From assembly GCA_022763185.1 (NCBI GenBank), contig JALEGL010000008.1, forward strand, positions 67,012 to 131,011: DNA of 64,000 nt, written 5' to 3'. Position 1 is the first letter of the stretch, and every line of letters starts with the position of its first letter. The notes beneath the pieces were generated by a model. That model saw only the letters and a list, made by a program, of their open reading frames with translations, did no database searches and was not told where the DNA came from. This DNA comes from a bacterium (lineage in GTDB: Bacteria; Bdellovibrionota_G; JALEGL01). Both the position numbers and the translations under genes were made by a program. Of the stretch, positions 28,356 through 38,031 are shown in pieces.

Positions 28356-31133
28356 GTGAAAATGGTATACTCGGAACTTATGAAAATGTACACCTTTGCC
28401 GATATTGAAAAGAAATGGCAGCAGCACTGGCAAGAAAACAAGACCTTTAAAGCCCTTAATCCTGGGGATGCCGGCTTTGATGCCAATAAGCCTAAGTATT
28501 ATGTCTTAGATATGTTTCCGTACCCTTCTGGCAAAGGTTTACACGTTGGTCATCCTTTAGGTTACATTGCAACCGATATTGTTGCGCGTTACAAACGCAT
28601 GCAAGGCTTTAATGTTTTGCATCCCATGGGCTTTGATGCTTTTGGTTTGCCTGCGGAACAATATGCCATTGAAACAGGAACACATCCAGAGGTCACCACT
28701 CAAAAAAATATTGATAACATGCGCAGACAGCTTAAAGACTGTGCTTTAAGCTATGATTGGGATAGAGAGATCTCTACAACAGACCCAGAGTATTACAAGT
28801 GGACGCAATGGATTTTTTTACAATTGTTCAACAGCTACTTTGATGAGCAAGAGCAAAAAGCCAAACCTATAGAACATTTGATTGAAAATTTAAAGAAAGA
28901 CCCAAAGGTCAATTGGGATAGTTTAAATGAAGTTGAGCAAGAAAGCATTTTATCTCAATACCGCTTGGCCTATCAAGCAGAAGTGCCTGTCAATTGGTGC
29001 CCTGAGTTGGGTACTGTTTTAGCCAACGAAGAGGTCACCAATGAAGGCCGTTCTGAACGGGGCAATTATCCGGTTTACAAACGTCCACTCAAACAATGGA
29101 CCTTAAGAATCACCAAGTATGCCGATCGTCTGATTGATGATTTAGAGGCAGTTGATTGGCCCCTTGCCGTTAAAGAAATGCAAAAGAATTGGATTGGTAA
29201 AAGCACCGGTGCCCAAGTTAAGTTTTCCATAAATGATTTGGATGAAAGCATAGATGTGTTTACCACGCGGCCAGACACTCTGATGGGCTGTACATTTATG
29301 GTTTTGGCAGCTCAGCATCCTTTACTTAAAGAATTGGTTCCAAATGAAAAACAAGACCAGCTCAACAATTTTATTGAAGAGTGCGAAACTTTACAAGCCA
29401 ATACCGGCTATGATGAAGAAGATAAAAAAATAGGGATGTTTACTGGAGCCTACGCTATACATCCCATAACTGGAGATAATATTCCCATTTGGACCGCCAA
29501 TTATGTCTTAATGGATTATGGTACAGGTGCTGTTATGGCGGTGCCCGCACATGATGAAAGAGATTTTGCTTTTGCTAAACAATATGACATTGAAATTAAA
29601 CCTGTGGTTGAGCCAGATCAAGCATGGTTAAAAAAACATAAGCTTGCAAGTATTAAAGAGTATGAACAACAATGTTCTAAATTGGATGAATGCTACAGTG
29701 ATTATCATAAAGCGTTAAACTCAGCCTCAGAGCAATTGGATATCAATGGTTTAAGTTCACAAGATGCAAAAAATAAGATCATTGATTTTTTACACAACCA
29801 AGGCAAGGGCTTTAAAAAAATTCAATACAAATTAAGAGACTGGTTGTTTAGCAGACAACGTTATTGGGGTGAACCTTTCCCAGTCCTACACAAAGACAAT
29901 GACGTGAGTGTGGGGGTAGAAGAAAAAAATCTACCTGTAGTTTTACCCCCTTTAGAAGACTTTAGGCCAACCGGCGGTTTATCAGCAGATGAGGAACCAC
30001 AACCTTCATTGTCACGGGCAGAAAAAGCTTGGAAAGAAGTTGAAAAAAATGGAGTCCATTATCAACGTGAACTCAATACCATGCCTCAATGGGCAGGTTC
30101 TTGTTGGTACTATCTTCGCTTTTTAGACCCAAAAAATACAGAGCAGTTTGCAAGTGAAGAAGCTCAAAACTATTGGATGGGAGACAATGGCGTTGATTTA
30201 TATGTGGGTGGGGTAGAGCATGCCGTCTTACACTTATTGTATGCTCGCTTTTGGCATAAAGTGTTGTATGATTTAGGCCATGTCAAAACTAAAGAGCCAT
30301 TTGGTAAGCTGTTCAACCAAGGTTATATTCAGGCTTACTCTTATCAAGATGAACGCGGTATTTACGTCAATGCCCATGAAGTCAAAGAAGTGTCGAAAGA
30401 TCAGTTTGAGTATGAAGGCAATAGCGTCAAGCGTAACTTGGGTAAAATGGGTAAGTCGCTTAAAAACTCCATCAGTCCCGATGAGATGATAGAAAAATAT
30501 GGCTGCGATACCTTTAGATTGTATGAAATGTACTTGGGACCTTTGGATCAGTCGAAAGTCTGGGATACCGAAGCCATTGTTGGTGTGCATCGCTTTTTAC
30601 AAAAACTATGGCGCAATTTGGTCAATGAAGAAACCGGTGAATTAAAAATTGTACAAGAAGAGGCCAGTAAAGAGCTCAATATGCAATTGCATCAGTGCAT
30701 TAAAACCGTAACTGAATACATGGAAAACATGCGCTACAATGCAGCTATTGCCCAGATTATTCAGTTAAACAACAGTTTATCTTCACTGAGTACTGTGCCA
30801 CACAATATTGCCAAAGCCATGTTGCAAATGCTTGCCCCTATGGCCCCTCATATTTGTGAAGAGTTGTGGAGCATGATGGGCAATACAACAGAGTTAAGTC
30901 AAGAATCCTGGCCAAGCTACGATGAAGCTTTGATTGCATCACAAGCCATTGAGATTGTCATTCAGGTCAATGGTAAAAAGAAAAGCAGTATTATGGTAGA
31001 AAAAGATACCGATGCTGAAGTGATAAAAGAAAAAGCCCAAGCGGATGATAAGATTATTAAAAACTTACAAGGCAAAACCATTCGAAAAGTGATTTATGTT
31101 CCAGGACGTTTGGTGAATATTGTAGCCAATTGA
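28356..31133 (+). CDS. leuS: leucyl-tRNA synthetase
   Basis: HIGH motif (HVGHPLGY), KMSKS motif (KMGKS), CP1 editing domain, 925 aa. The true start may be an internal Met (28380 or 28386, MYTFADIEKKWQ). Confidence 0.95.
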   Translation: MKMVYSELMKMYTFADIEKKWQQHWQENKTFKALNPGDAGFDANKPKYYVLDMFPYPSGKGLHVGHPLGYIATDIVARYKRMQGFNVLHPMGFDAFGLPAEQYAIETGTHPEVTTQKNIDNMRRQLKDCALSYDWDREISTTDPEYYKWTQWIFLQLFNSYFDEQEQKAKPIEHLIENLKKDPKVNWDSLNEVEQESILSQYRLAYQAEVPVNWCPELGTVLANEEVTNEGRSERGNYPVYKRPLKQWTLRITKYADRLIDDLEAVDWPLAVKEMQKNWIGKSTGAQVKFSINDLDESIDVFTTRPDTLMGCTFMVLAAQHPLLKELVPNEKQDQLNNFIEECETLQANTGYDEEDKKIGMFTGAYAIHPITGDNIPIWTANYVLMDYGTGAVMAVPAHDERDFAFAKQYDIEIKPVVEPDQAWLKKHKLASIKEYEQQCSKLDECYSDYHKALNSASEQLDINGLSSQDAKNKIIDFLHNQGKGFKKIQYKLRDWLFSRQRYWGEPFPVLHKDNDVSVGVEEKNLPVVLPPLEDFRPTGGLSADEEPQPSLSRAEKAWKEVEKNGVHYQRELNTMPQWAGSCWYYLRFLDPKNTEQFASEEAQNYWMGDNGVDLYVGGVEHAVLHLLYARFWHKVLYDLGHVKTKEPFGKLFNQGYIQAYSYQDERGIYVNAHEVKEVSKDQFEYEGNSVKRNLGKMGKSLKNSISPDEMIEKYGCDTFRLYEMYLGPLDQSKVWDTEAIVGVHRFLQKLWRNLVNEETGELKIVQEEASKELNMQLHQCIKTVTEYMENMRYNAAIAQIIQLNNSLSSLSTVPHNIAKAMLQMLAPMAPHICEELWSMMGNTTELSQESWPSYDEALIASQAIEIVIQVNGKKKSSIMVEKDTDAEVIKEKAQADDKIIKNLQGKTIRKVIYVPGRLVNIVAN

Positions 31134-31496
31134 TCAATATATTTTTGCTTTATCTTGCCAGATTTTTATGGCCTCCTGCCAGCTAGGAATAGTTTCAGAT
31201 TCATAGCCGTGGGTTTTGCCTGTGGCAATGTTGTTAAATTGCTTGATTGCTTGCATGTGTACACCAGAATAAAGAAAACGCTGCATATCTTCTTTGCTTT
31301 CCCAAGCGGTAAGGGTGTGCGCATAACCGTTAACATTTTTTGTTTGGCAATAGACGTTACCAGATGCATTCCTTGCTTGATTAAAGCAAGGAATGGCGTA
31401 GCGATAAAACTTTAACCTTGCTATAAAATTTTTAGGTTTTAGGCCTGTGATAGAAATATACATCGCTTGTGGGATATATACGATAATAGATATCAA
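31134..31496 (-). CDS. DUF3291-like (dimeric alpha/beta-barrel) hypothetical protein
   Basis: NFIARLKFY...LTAWESKEDMQRFLYSGVHMQ resembles the DUF3291 pattern, from memory. The start may be an internal Met. Confidence 0.4.
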   Translation of the reverse strand: MISIIVYIPQAMYISITGLKPKNFIARLKFYRYAIPCFNQARNASGNVYCQTKNVNGYAHTLTAWESKEDMQRFLYSGVHMQAIKQFNNIATGKTHGYESETIPSWQEAIKIWQDKAKIY

Positions 31497-31554
31497 ACAA
31501 ATTTTTAACCGTGATTTAAAAAGTATTTTTAAAATTTAGGCCTAAAATTTAGTT

Positions 31555-31630
31555 TGGAGCCTCCCGCCAGAATCGAACTGGCGACCTACTCATTACGAAT
31601 GAGTTGCTCTACCAACTGAGCTAGGGAGGC
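31555..31630 (-). tRNA. tRNA-Thr (anticodon CGT)
   Basis: 76-nt cloverleaf on the minus strand: acceptor stem GCCTCCC/GGGAGGC, anticodon arm ACTCA-TTCGTAA-TGAGT with CGT at loop positions 34-36, T-arm GTTCGATTC, and an encoded 3' CCA. Confidence 0.9.
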
Positions 31631-31679
31631 TAAAAACCTTACCATTTTTTTGATCTTTTTATTTCATTCAGAACGTATA

Positions 31680-34202
31680 CTATTCTAATATTTTTACAGC
31701 AATCTCCATGGTGACGTCTTCGGCTTTTTGATCTTCAGGGAGCTTAAAGTTTTTGCTGCCATGTTTGATGTAGGGACCGTACTTACCTTCCATGACCACC
31801 ACTTTTTTATTGGTTTCTGGATGTTTGCCCAAGTCTTTGATGGTTTTGGATCCACGGCGGCCCACACGTTCTTCCGCTAAAATTTCAACTGCACGTTCTA
31901 AAGTTAGAGTATAGATATCATCATCTTTTTTGACTGAGCGGGTTTCGTCGTTGTGGGATAAGTATGGACCAAAGCGGCCTTTGTTGGCAATGATAGGTAA
32001 ACCGGTTTCTGGGTGCTTGCCCACCTCATAAGGTAAAACTAAAAGTTTAACCGCATCCTCTAAGCTTAAGTTTCTGTAATCGTATTCACGCGTTACGCTG
32101 GCACGTTTGGGTTTGGGGTTGTCATCGGTTACTTCACCCAATTGAACATAAGGGCCATATCGTCCAATCAGTACATAAATATCTTCGCCTGTATCAGGGT
32201 GTTTGCCAATGGATTCAGGGCCTTTTTCTGAAGCTTCAATAATATCTTTGACCATTTCCTGGCTTAAATCAGCAGGGGCAACGTCTTCAGGGATGGAGGC
32301 ACGCACGTCTTCAACACCAGCATTTTTATCGCCCGGTTTCACCAAGAAAGGCCCAAAACGGCCAACGCGTATCTGGGCATCAAAGTCCTGATTAAGATAA
32401 ACCTGCCTGGATTCATCGGCGTTAATCTCTTCTTCTTTTCTTTCTGCTTGTTTGAGTAAGCCATTTTTTCCCAAGTAAAAGCTTTTTAAATATGGAAGAG
32501 ATTCTTGTTTGCCAACAGCAATTTCATCCAAGGTTTCTTCCATTTTTGAAGTAAAGCCGTAGTCGACCAAATCAGCAAAATGTTTTTCTAAAAGTTGCAT
32601 CACCACGAAGCCAGTGAAGCTAGGAATCAAGGCTGTTCCTTGTTTGCGCGCGTAGTTGCGATCAAGAATAGTGCTGATGATAGAGGCATAGGTAGACGGT
32701 CGACCAATGTCTTCTTTTTCCAAACGTTGTACCAAAGATGCTTCAGTGAAGCGTGCAACAGGTTTGGTTTTATGACCATCCACCAAAAGCTCAGATAGTT
32801 TAACGCTATCGTTTTCTTTTAAGTCGGGCAATAGGTTTTCTTTATCATCCAAAGCAGCATCTGGATCATCTTTTCCTTCAACGTAGGCTCTTAAAAAACC
32901 AGGAAATACAATGGTCATACCGCTGGCCTGAAACACTGAATCTTCTGCCTCAAGTTTTACAATCATCGAGCGTTTTTTGGCTTCTGCCATTTGGCAGGCC
33001 AAGGTACGTTTCCAAATTAAGTCATACAAAGCCAATTCTTGTCCAGATACACCGGTATCTTTGGGGTGAACAAACTCATTGCCAGCAGGACGGATGGCTT
33101 CATGCGCCTCTTGCGCACCTTTTTTACCACTGTATTGTCTTACTGTGGATGACAAGTACTCCTTGCCATACAGTTTTTCTACACTTTTACGGGCGCCTTC
33201 AATGGCTTGCTTGGATAGCGTAGGAGAGTCTGTTCTCATATATGTGATCAAACCTTGTTCATACAATGCCTGAGCTGTACGCATGGTTTGCCGGGCCGAC
33301 ATACCTAATTTACGGTTGGATTCTTGTTGCAAGGTTGAGGTGATAAAGGGTTTTGCAGGGTTGGAGGTAAAGTCTTTAAATTCTACGCTTTGCACGGTCC
33401 AACTTGCTTTATCTAGCTTATCTTTAATCTTTGTGACTTGATCTTCATTAAAAACCACATAATCTTGTGGTTTAAAAAGCTTACCTGTTTCTGGGTTAAA
33501 GTCTTTACCTGTTGCAAGACGTTTACCCTCATGACTGATAAATTTGGCTTCAAAATCAATTTTATCTTTATTCAAGGTGGCTTTTAGATCCCAGTATTCT
33601 GCCTGAACAAACTTCATGCGTTCACGCTCACGCTCAACCAGTAAGCGTAAGCCAGCTGACTGCACGCGACCAGCAGATAAGCCATAGGCTATTTTTTTCC
33701 AGATTAAGGGAGATAATGTAAAACCAACCAATCTATCTAAAATACGACGGGTTTCCTGTGAAGAGACCAGGCGTTGATCAACATCTCTGCAATCTTGCAG
33801 TGCTTGAGTAATGGCAGCTTTGGTGATTTCATGAAAGACCATGCGTTTGACGGGGACTTTGGGTTTGAGCAATTGGAGCAAATGCCAAGAAATACTTTCT
33901 CCCTCTCTATCTTCATCTGTTGCCAGATACAGTTCATCGGCTTCTTTAAGCAGTTTGCGCAGTTGGGTAATGATTTTACCCTTACCCCTTTGGGTGACAT
34001 ACAAAGGTTCAAAGTCATTTTCAACATTGATGCCTAGACGTGCCCAAGGTTCTTTTTTGTATTTTGCTGGGACATCGGCTGCAGTTTGTGGAAGGTCTCG
34101 GACATGTCCAAAGCTGGCTTCTACACTAAAGCCTTTGGGAAGAAATTTTTTAATGGTTTTGGCTTTGGTTGGGGACTCAACAATTACAAGTTTTTTGGCC
34201 AT
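31680..34202 (-). CDS. topA: DNA topoisomerase I
   Basis: N-terminal Toprim (MAKKLVIVESPTKAKTI), a catalytic Tyr domain, and a C-terminal region with four G(R/K)(F/Y)GP(Y/F) repeats rather than zinc ribbons. Confidence 0.95.
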   Translation of the reverse strand: MAKKLVIVESPTKAKTIKKFLPKGFSVEASFGHVRDLPQTAADVPAKYKKEPWARLGINVENDFEPLYVTQRGKGKIITQLRKLLKEADELYLATDEDREGESISWHLLQLLKPKVPVKRMVFHEITKAAITQALQDCRDVDQRLVSSQETRRILDRLVGFTLSPLIWKKIAYGLSAGRVQSAGLRLLVERERERMKFVQAEYWDLKATLNKDKIDFEAKFISHEGKRLATGKDFNPETGKLFKPQDYVVFNEDQVTKIKDKLDKASWTVQSVEFKDFTSNPAKPFITSTLQQESNRKLGMSARQTMRTAQALYEQGLITYMRTDSPTLSKQAIEGARKSVEKLYGKEYLSSTVRQYSGKKGAQEAHEAIRPAGNEFVHPKDTGVSGQELALYDLIWKRTLACQMAEAKKRSMIVKLEAEDSVFQASGMTIVFPGFLRAYVEGKDDPDAALDDKENLLPDLKENDSVKLSELLVDGHKTKPVARFTEASLVQRLEKEDIGRPSTYASIISTILDRNYARKQGTALIPSFTGFVVMQLLEKHFADLVDYGFTSKMEETLDEIAVGKQESLPYLKSFYLGKNGLLKQAERKEEEINADESRQVYLNQDFDAQIRVGRFGPFLVKPGDKNAGVEDVRASIPEDVAPADLSQEMVKDIIEASEKGPESIGKHPDTGEDIYVLIGRYGPYVQLGEVTDDNPKPKRASVTREYDYRNLSLEDAVKLLVLPYEVGKHPETGLPIIANKGRFGPYLSHNDETRSVKKDDDIYTLTLERAVEILAEERVGRRGSKTIKDLGKHPETNKKVVVMEGKYGPYIKHGSKNFKLPEDQKAEDVTMEIAVKILE

Positions 34203-34415
34203 AAGACGGTTCCTTTACTTTTGTGCGTGTACTTAAATATTGCGTAACACGTCGGGTTTTGTGCAATTTTGTCATAAAATAATAAAAAGCACAGCTTTTA
34301 TGGCCGATTTTTGCCATAAATGTCAAATTTCAATATAGCAATTGTGGAAGATATGATTATTTTTCCGTCAAGTGAGCCGATTTGATGGGAAAACTTAGAA
34401 AATTAAGGGAAAAAC

Positions 34416-35405
34416 ATGGAAAAAACACTTTCACCGGAATGCATTAGAATCACTGAGGACGCAGCCATTGCCTGTGCCCGTTTGATGGGAAAAGGTGATA
34501 GAAATGAAGCAGATCAGCTGGCCACGCAAGCCATGCGCAAGACCATGGATGATATTGATATGTGTGGCACCATTGTGATTGGTGAAGGCGAGCGAGATGA
34601 AGCACCCATGCTGTATATAGGTGAAAAAGTGGGCCGTTATAAAAATGGCAATGAGAGTCAGTATTTGCCAGAAATTGATATTGCGGTTGACCCACTTGAA
34701 GGGACCAATTTGGTGGCCACTGGTCAAGCCAATGCCATTACCGTACTGGCGGCATCAGAAAAAGGTGGTTTGATGCATGCTCCAGATACCTATCTCAATA
34801 AGTTGTGTGTGGGACCAACGTCTGCTGGACAAGTGGATATTAACCTTGAACCCAAAGAAAATCTAAATAGAATAGCCAAAGCTTTAAAACGTGAAGTCAG
34901 TGATTTAACCGTGGTTATTTTGGATAGACCGCGGCATAAAGAGCTGATTGAGCAAGTGCGTAAAGCTGGCGCAAGAATCAAATTGATTGGTGATGGAGAT
35001 TTGTCTGCCGCCATCAGTTGTGCCATTCGTGGAACCAATATCCATGCAGTGATGGGGATTGGAGGAGCACCTGAGGGTGTATTGGCTGCAGCGGCTCTTA
35101 AATGTTTGGGGGGAGAAATTCAGGCTAAGTTTTGCTTTAGAAACGATGAAGAAAAACAACGTGCTAAAAAAATGGGCCATGATAATTTAGATAAGGTGCT
35201 TCACACCAATGATCTTGCACCAGGAGAGAATATTGTTTTTGCATGTACCGGTGTAACCAGTGGAGATTTGTTGACAGGGATTCGTTATTTTGGTGGCGGA
35301 GCCAGAACCCACTCATTGGTTATGTCTTACCAAAGCCGTATTTTTAGACTGGTGGATACAGTTCACATGTTTGATAAAGACAAAAACGCGCCTATTATTT
35401 TGTAA
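34416..35405 (+). CDS. glpX: fructose-1,6-bisphosphatase class II (GlpX)
   Basis: GlpX signature throughout (ITEDAAIA..., DPLEGT, GGAPEG), 329 aa. Confidence 0.9.
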   Translation: MEKTLSPECIRITEDAAIACARLMGKGDRNEADQLATQAMRKTMDDIDMCGTIVIGEGERDEAPMLYIGEKVGRYKNGNESQYLPEIDIAVDPLEGTNLVATGQANAITVLAASEKGGLMHAPDTYLNKLCVGPTSAGQVDINLEPKENLNRIAKALKREVSDLTVVILDRPRHKELIEQVRKAGARIKLIGDGDLSAAISCAIRGTNIHAVMGIGGAPEGVLAAAALKCLGGEIQAKFCFRNDEEKQRAKKMGHDNLDKVLHTNDLAPGENIVFACTGVTSGDLLTGIRYFGGGARTHSLVMSYQSRIFRLVDTVHMFDKDKNAPIIL

Positions 35406-35704
35406 GTAGTGTGTAGGGCTAAGTGTTAAAAATAAAACAGTAATTCAATTGATTTTTAGCACGGGAGCGTTGTTTTTTTGTTTGTAGCTATGGTTATGTT
35501 TTTACAGCTCCAAGTTGTACTTCAGAGTTTGAAGGATGTTATTATAGAGTTGACCCGATTATTCTGCAGCAAGCCTTAAAGTGTCAAGTCTATCATATGC
35601 TAGAGAGATTGTTTAGTTTAGCTTTGGTGGCTTTACAGATTGAAATAATAGAAAAGTTTTCTAAAAAGCAGCAAAGATAAAAACTCTGTTGTAGTTTAAT
35701 AAAC

Positions 35705-36757
35705 TCAATACCAGATATAAGGACCTAAACCTATACTGGTGCTTATTTTTTTTTGTAAGTGAGGATCCATAGAAGGAAGATCTTCATTGTATTGTTCGCG
35801 GTCAAACCAAAGTTTTATAAAGGGTAGGTCACAAGTGTTTGCCTCCCCGTCACATAGTTCCTGATTCATAGACGTGGTGCGCAAGTATTTTTTTTGACCA
35901 ATTAAACAATCTTTAGAATTAAAGTAACAGTAAAGTTTTGATGCAATATTAATGACACGAACTTTATCTCCCAAGGTTACTTTTTCATTGCTTGAAAACT
36001 CAGTTTTTTCTATACCGTCTCCAACAACATAGGGTGCTTCAGTTATATCAGCATCTGCGGTTAAATAACGATAAGACAGTCTTTGGTACCATGGTCTATC
36101 TAAACGATTGGAAGCTTGATTCATCAGATCATTTATTTTTTCAATCAATAAAAAGCTTAAAACTTCAGTTGTTCCTGCGGCAAGTACGGTCGCACCTATG
36201 GTTACGGCATTTGACCCTAAAGTAACCCCACCGGCGACTTGAAAGCCATACCGACTGCCCATAAAGACAAGTCTACCAACATATGTTCCAGGTATCATAC
36301 TTACAGCGATTTGACTTGTAAGGCTAAGAGCTCCATGCGCTTGATCTTGAGAGAAAACCGGGTAAGCGCTAGGGTCAATTAAGACCCAGCCATCATCAAT
36401 AATATGAATACAATCTATGCCTTTAGCATCAACGGTATGCAGGTGCCCGTTTTTGTCATAATAGCTGCGTGTTCTATGGTTATAAATGTCCATATTATTG
36501 AATAAATAATACGTGTCTTCAGCTTCCTCAAGCTTAATGTAAGGGCACAGTAGATAAAGCTGATATTCAGGGTAGTCTCGGTGCGGTTCACGATGAATAT
36601 AGTAGGGTTCTTGCTGATCTTGTCCAGAATACATGCCTGATTGAGAAAATTGAAATTCTTGAATGAACTCTGGAGGCAAAGATTCAGCGTCATGGTTTTG
36701 CGCATAGGCATGGCCTAATAAACAATACACTTGAAATATGAACAGTAGCCATCTCAT
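35705..36757 (-). CDS. secreted hypothetical protein (Cys-containing, Gly-zipper-like hydrophobic segment)
   Basis: Signal peptide MRWLLFIFQVYCLLGHAYAQ. The internal segment GGVTLGSNAVTIGATVLAAG is hydrophobic. No family recognised. Confidence 0.4.
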   Translation of the reverse strand: MRWLLFIFQVYCLLGHAYAQNHDAESLPPEFIQEFQFSQSGMYSGQDQQEPYYIHREPHRDYPEYQLYLLCPYIKLEEAEDTYYLFNNMDIYNHRTRSYYDKNGHLHTVDAKGIDCIHIIDDGWVLIDPSAYPVFSQDQAHGALSLTSQIAVSMIPGTYVGRLVFMGSRYGFQVAGGVTLGSNAVTIGATVLAAGTTEVLSFLLIEKINDLMNQASNRLDRPWYQRLSYRYLTADADITEAPYVVGDGIEKTEFSSNEKVTLGDKVRVINIASKLYCYFNSKDCLIGQKKYLRTTSMNQELCDGEANTCDLPFIKLWFDREQYNEDLPSMDPHLQKKISTSIGLGPYIWY

Positions 36758-36849
36758 TGTATAAAATACATACCATAATTATGCGATGCATTAAAGTGTT
36801 TTTTATGTCTTGACAAGGTGCTTGTTGAAGCGATAAACAATGTCGCAAT

Positions 36850-38016
36850 ATGTTACTTAGACAAATTGTAGGGATTGTTTTTTTACTTTTTTGCTCAACA
36901 AAAACGGTCTTTGCGCAAAATCAAGAACAGCTCAATCGTAAAAAGCTAGAGTTGCTAAATTATGTCAAAGAAAAAGTTCATCCTCAGCTTGAGCAAGCCA
37001 TAATAGAGTCCGAAGAAAGTGCTGATTCACGTTGGAAAATATTTGGTGCTGGTTCTCTTAGCGTTGGTGGTTTTATTGTTTTACGCCATCAAATGGTTTT
37101 GAAATCTTTAAATAGTAAAATGAATAGTTTATTGCAAGACCAACAGCGTTTAGATCTGCAAATTGCACAACAAAGAAGAAATGCTGCCAGTACAATCAAT
37201 GAAATGCGGGTGGCAAGAGCACAAGCCAGATCAGGTGTTGTTTTAAACGGGGTTTTTAATTCAGAGGGAGTAACGGTTCCTCCGCATCAACAGTTGGATG
37301 GGCTGACACGGCAACTGTCAAATGTTGATGAAGCTGGTTTGAATAACTGGTGGGGTTTGTTGCGGGAGCAAAGAGCGCTTGAAACACGGGTAGATGTTAT
37401 GTCCAGAGCTGGACAAACGGTATCAACGGCAGAGCTTGATGACGTTATTGAAAAAATTACAAAGCTCGAGAATGAATTGTTTGCAAACGGTCAGCGTAAT
37501 GTTGCCATAGAAGTTCAAAAAATTAGAGCCGACTCGCAAAGACTCCAACAATTATTAAACGATGCAAAAGCAAATCTCAATGAAGCCAATTTAAGAGCCT
37601 CTGCTATTTCAGATGAGGTGGGTCACTTAAGAACTAGCATTAAAGCTCATAATTTACGGTACATCCGTATTGGCGCTATTGCTATGGGTGCTTTGACAGC
37701 TTTGGGCTATGCCGGCAATATGTATTGGATCTACGAGCGATACAAAGATTATTTTGGTCAAACGCTCAGTGCCCAGAAGCTTTCATCGTCTTCCAGTTAC
37801 ACACAGAAACAAAACACCCTTTATCTTATGGCTAAAAACCATATTATAGGTAGTAGCTACCAAGATTGCCCAGAACAAGATTATGCTTGGGTGCATGAAA
37901 ACTTGCGAGATGAAGAGGAAGTAGAGCATGTGCAAGATTGGATCGATGCCATGTATGCAGTGTGTTTACAGCTAAGTCTGATGGATGAAACAGCCTGTAA
38001 AACCTCAGGCTCTTGA
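36850..38016 (+). CDS. secreted/membrane coiled-coil hypothetical protein
   Basis: Signal peptide, a long coiled-coil-like central region (QQ/LN-rich heptads), a TM segment IRIGAIAMGALTALGYAGNMYWIY and a Cys-containing C-terminus. It is divergent from the 35705-36757 gene. Confidence 0.4.
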   Translation: MLLRQIVGIVFLLFCSTKTVFAQNQEQLNRKKLELLNYVKEKVHPQLEQAIIESEESADSRWKIFGAGSLSVGGFIVLRHQMVLKSLNSKMNSLLQDQQRLDLQIAQQRRNAASTINEMRVARAQARSGVVLNGVFNSEGVTVPPHQQLDGLTRQLSNVDEAGLNNWWGLLREQRALETRVDVMSRAGQTVSTAELDDVIEKITKLENELFANGQRNVAIEVQKIRADSQRLQQLLNDAKANLNEANLRASAISDEVGHLRTSIKAHNLRYIRIGAIAMGALTALGYAGNMYWIYERYKDYFGQTLSAQKLSSSSSYTQKQNTLYLMAKNHIIGSSYQDCPEQDYAWVHENLRDEEEVEHVQDWIDAMYAVCLQLSLMDETACKTSGS

Positions 38017-38031
38017 TCTTACTCTATAAAA

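Noticed and set aside
31134-31680. The tRNA-Thr gene as a possible integration hotspot for a genomic island.
   Set aside because: The flanks are housekeeping genes (leuS, topA). Only a 120-aa DUF3291-like gene sits between the tRNA and leuS. There is no integrase, no direct repeat of the tRNA 3' end, and no compositional shift.
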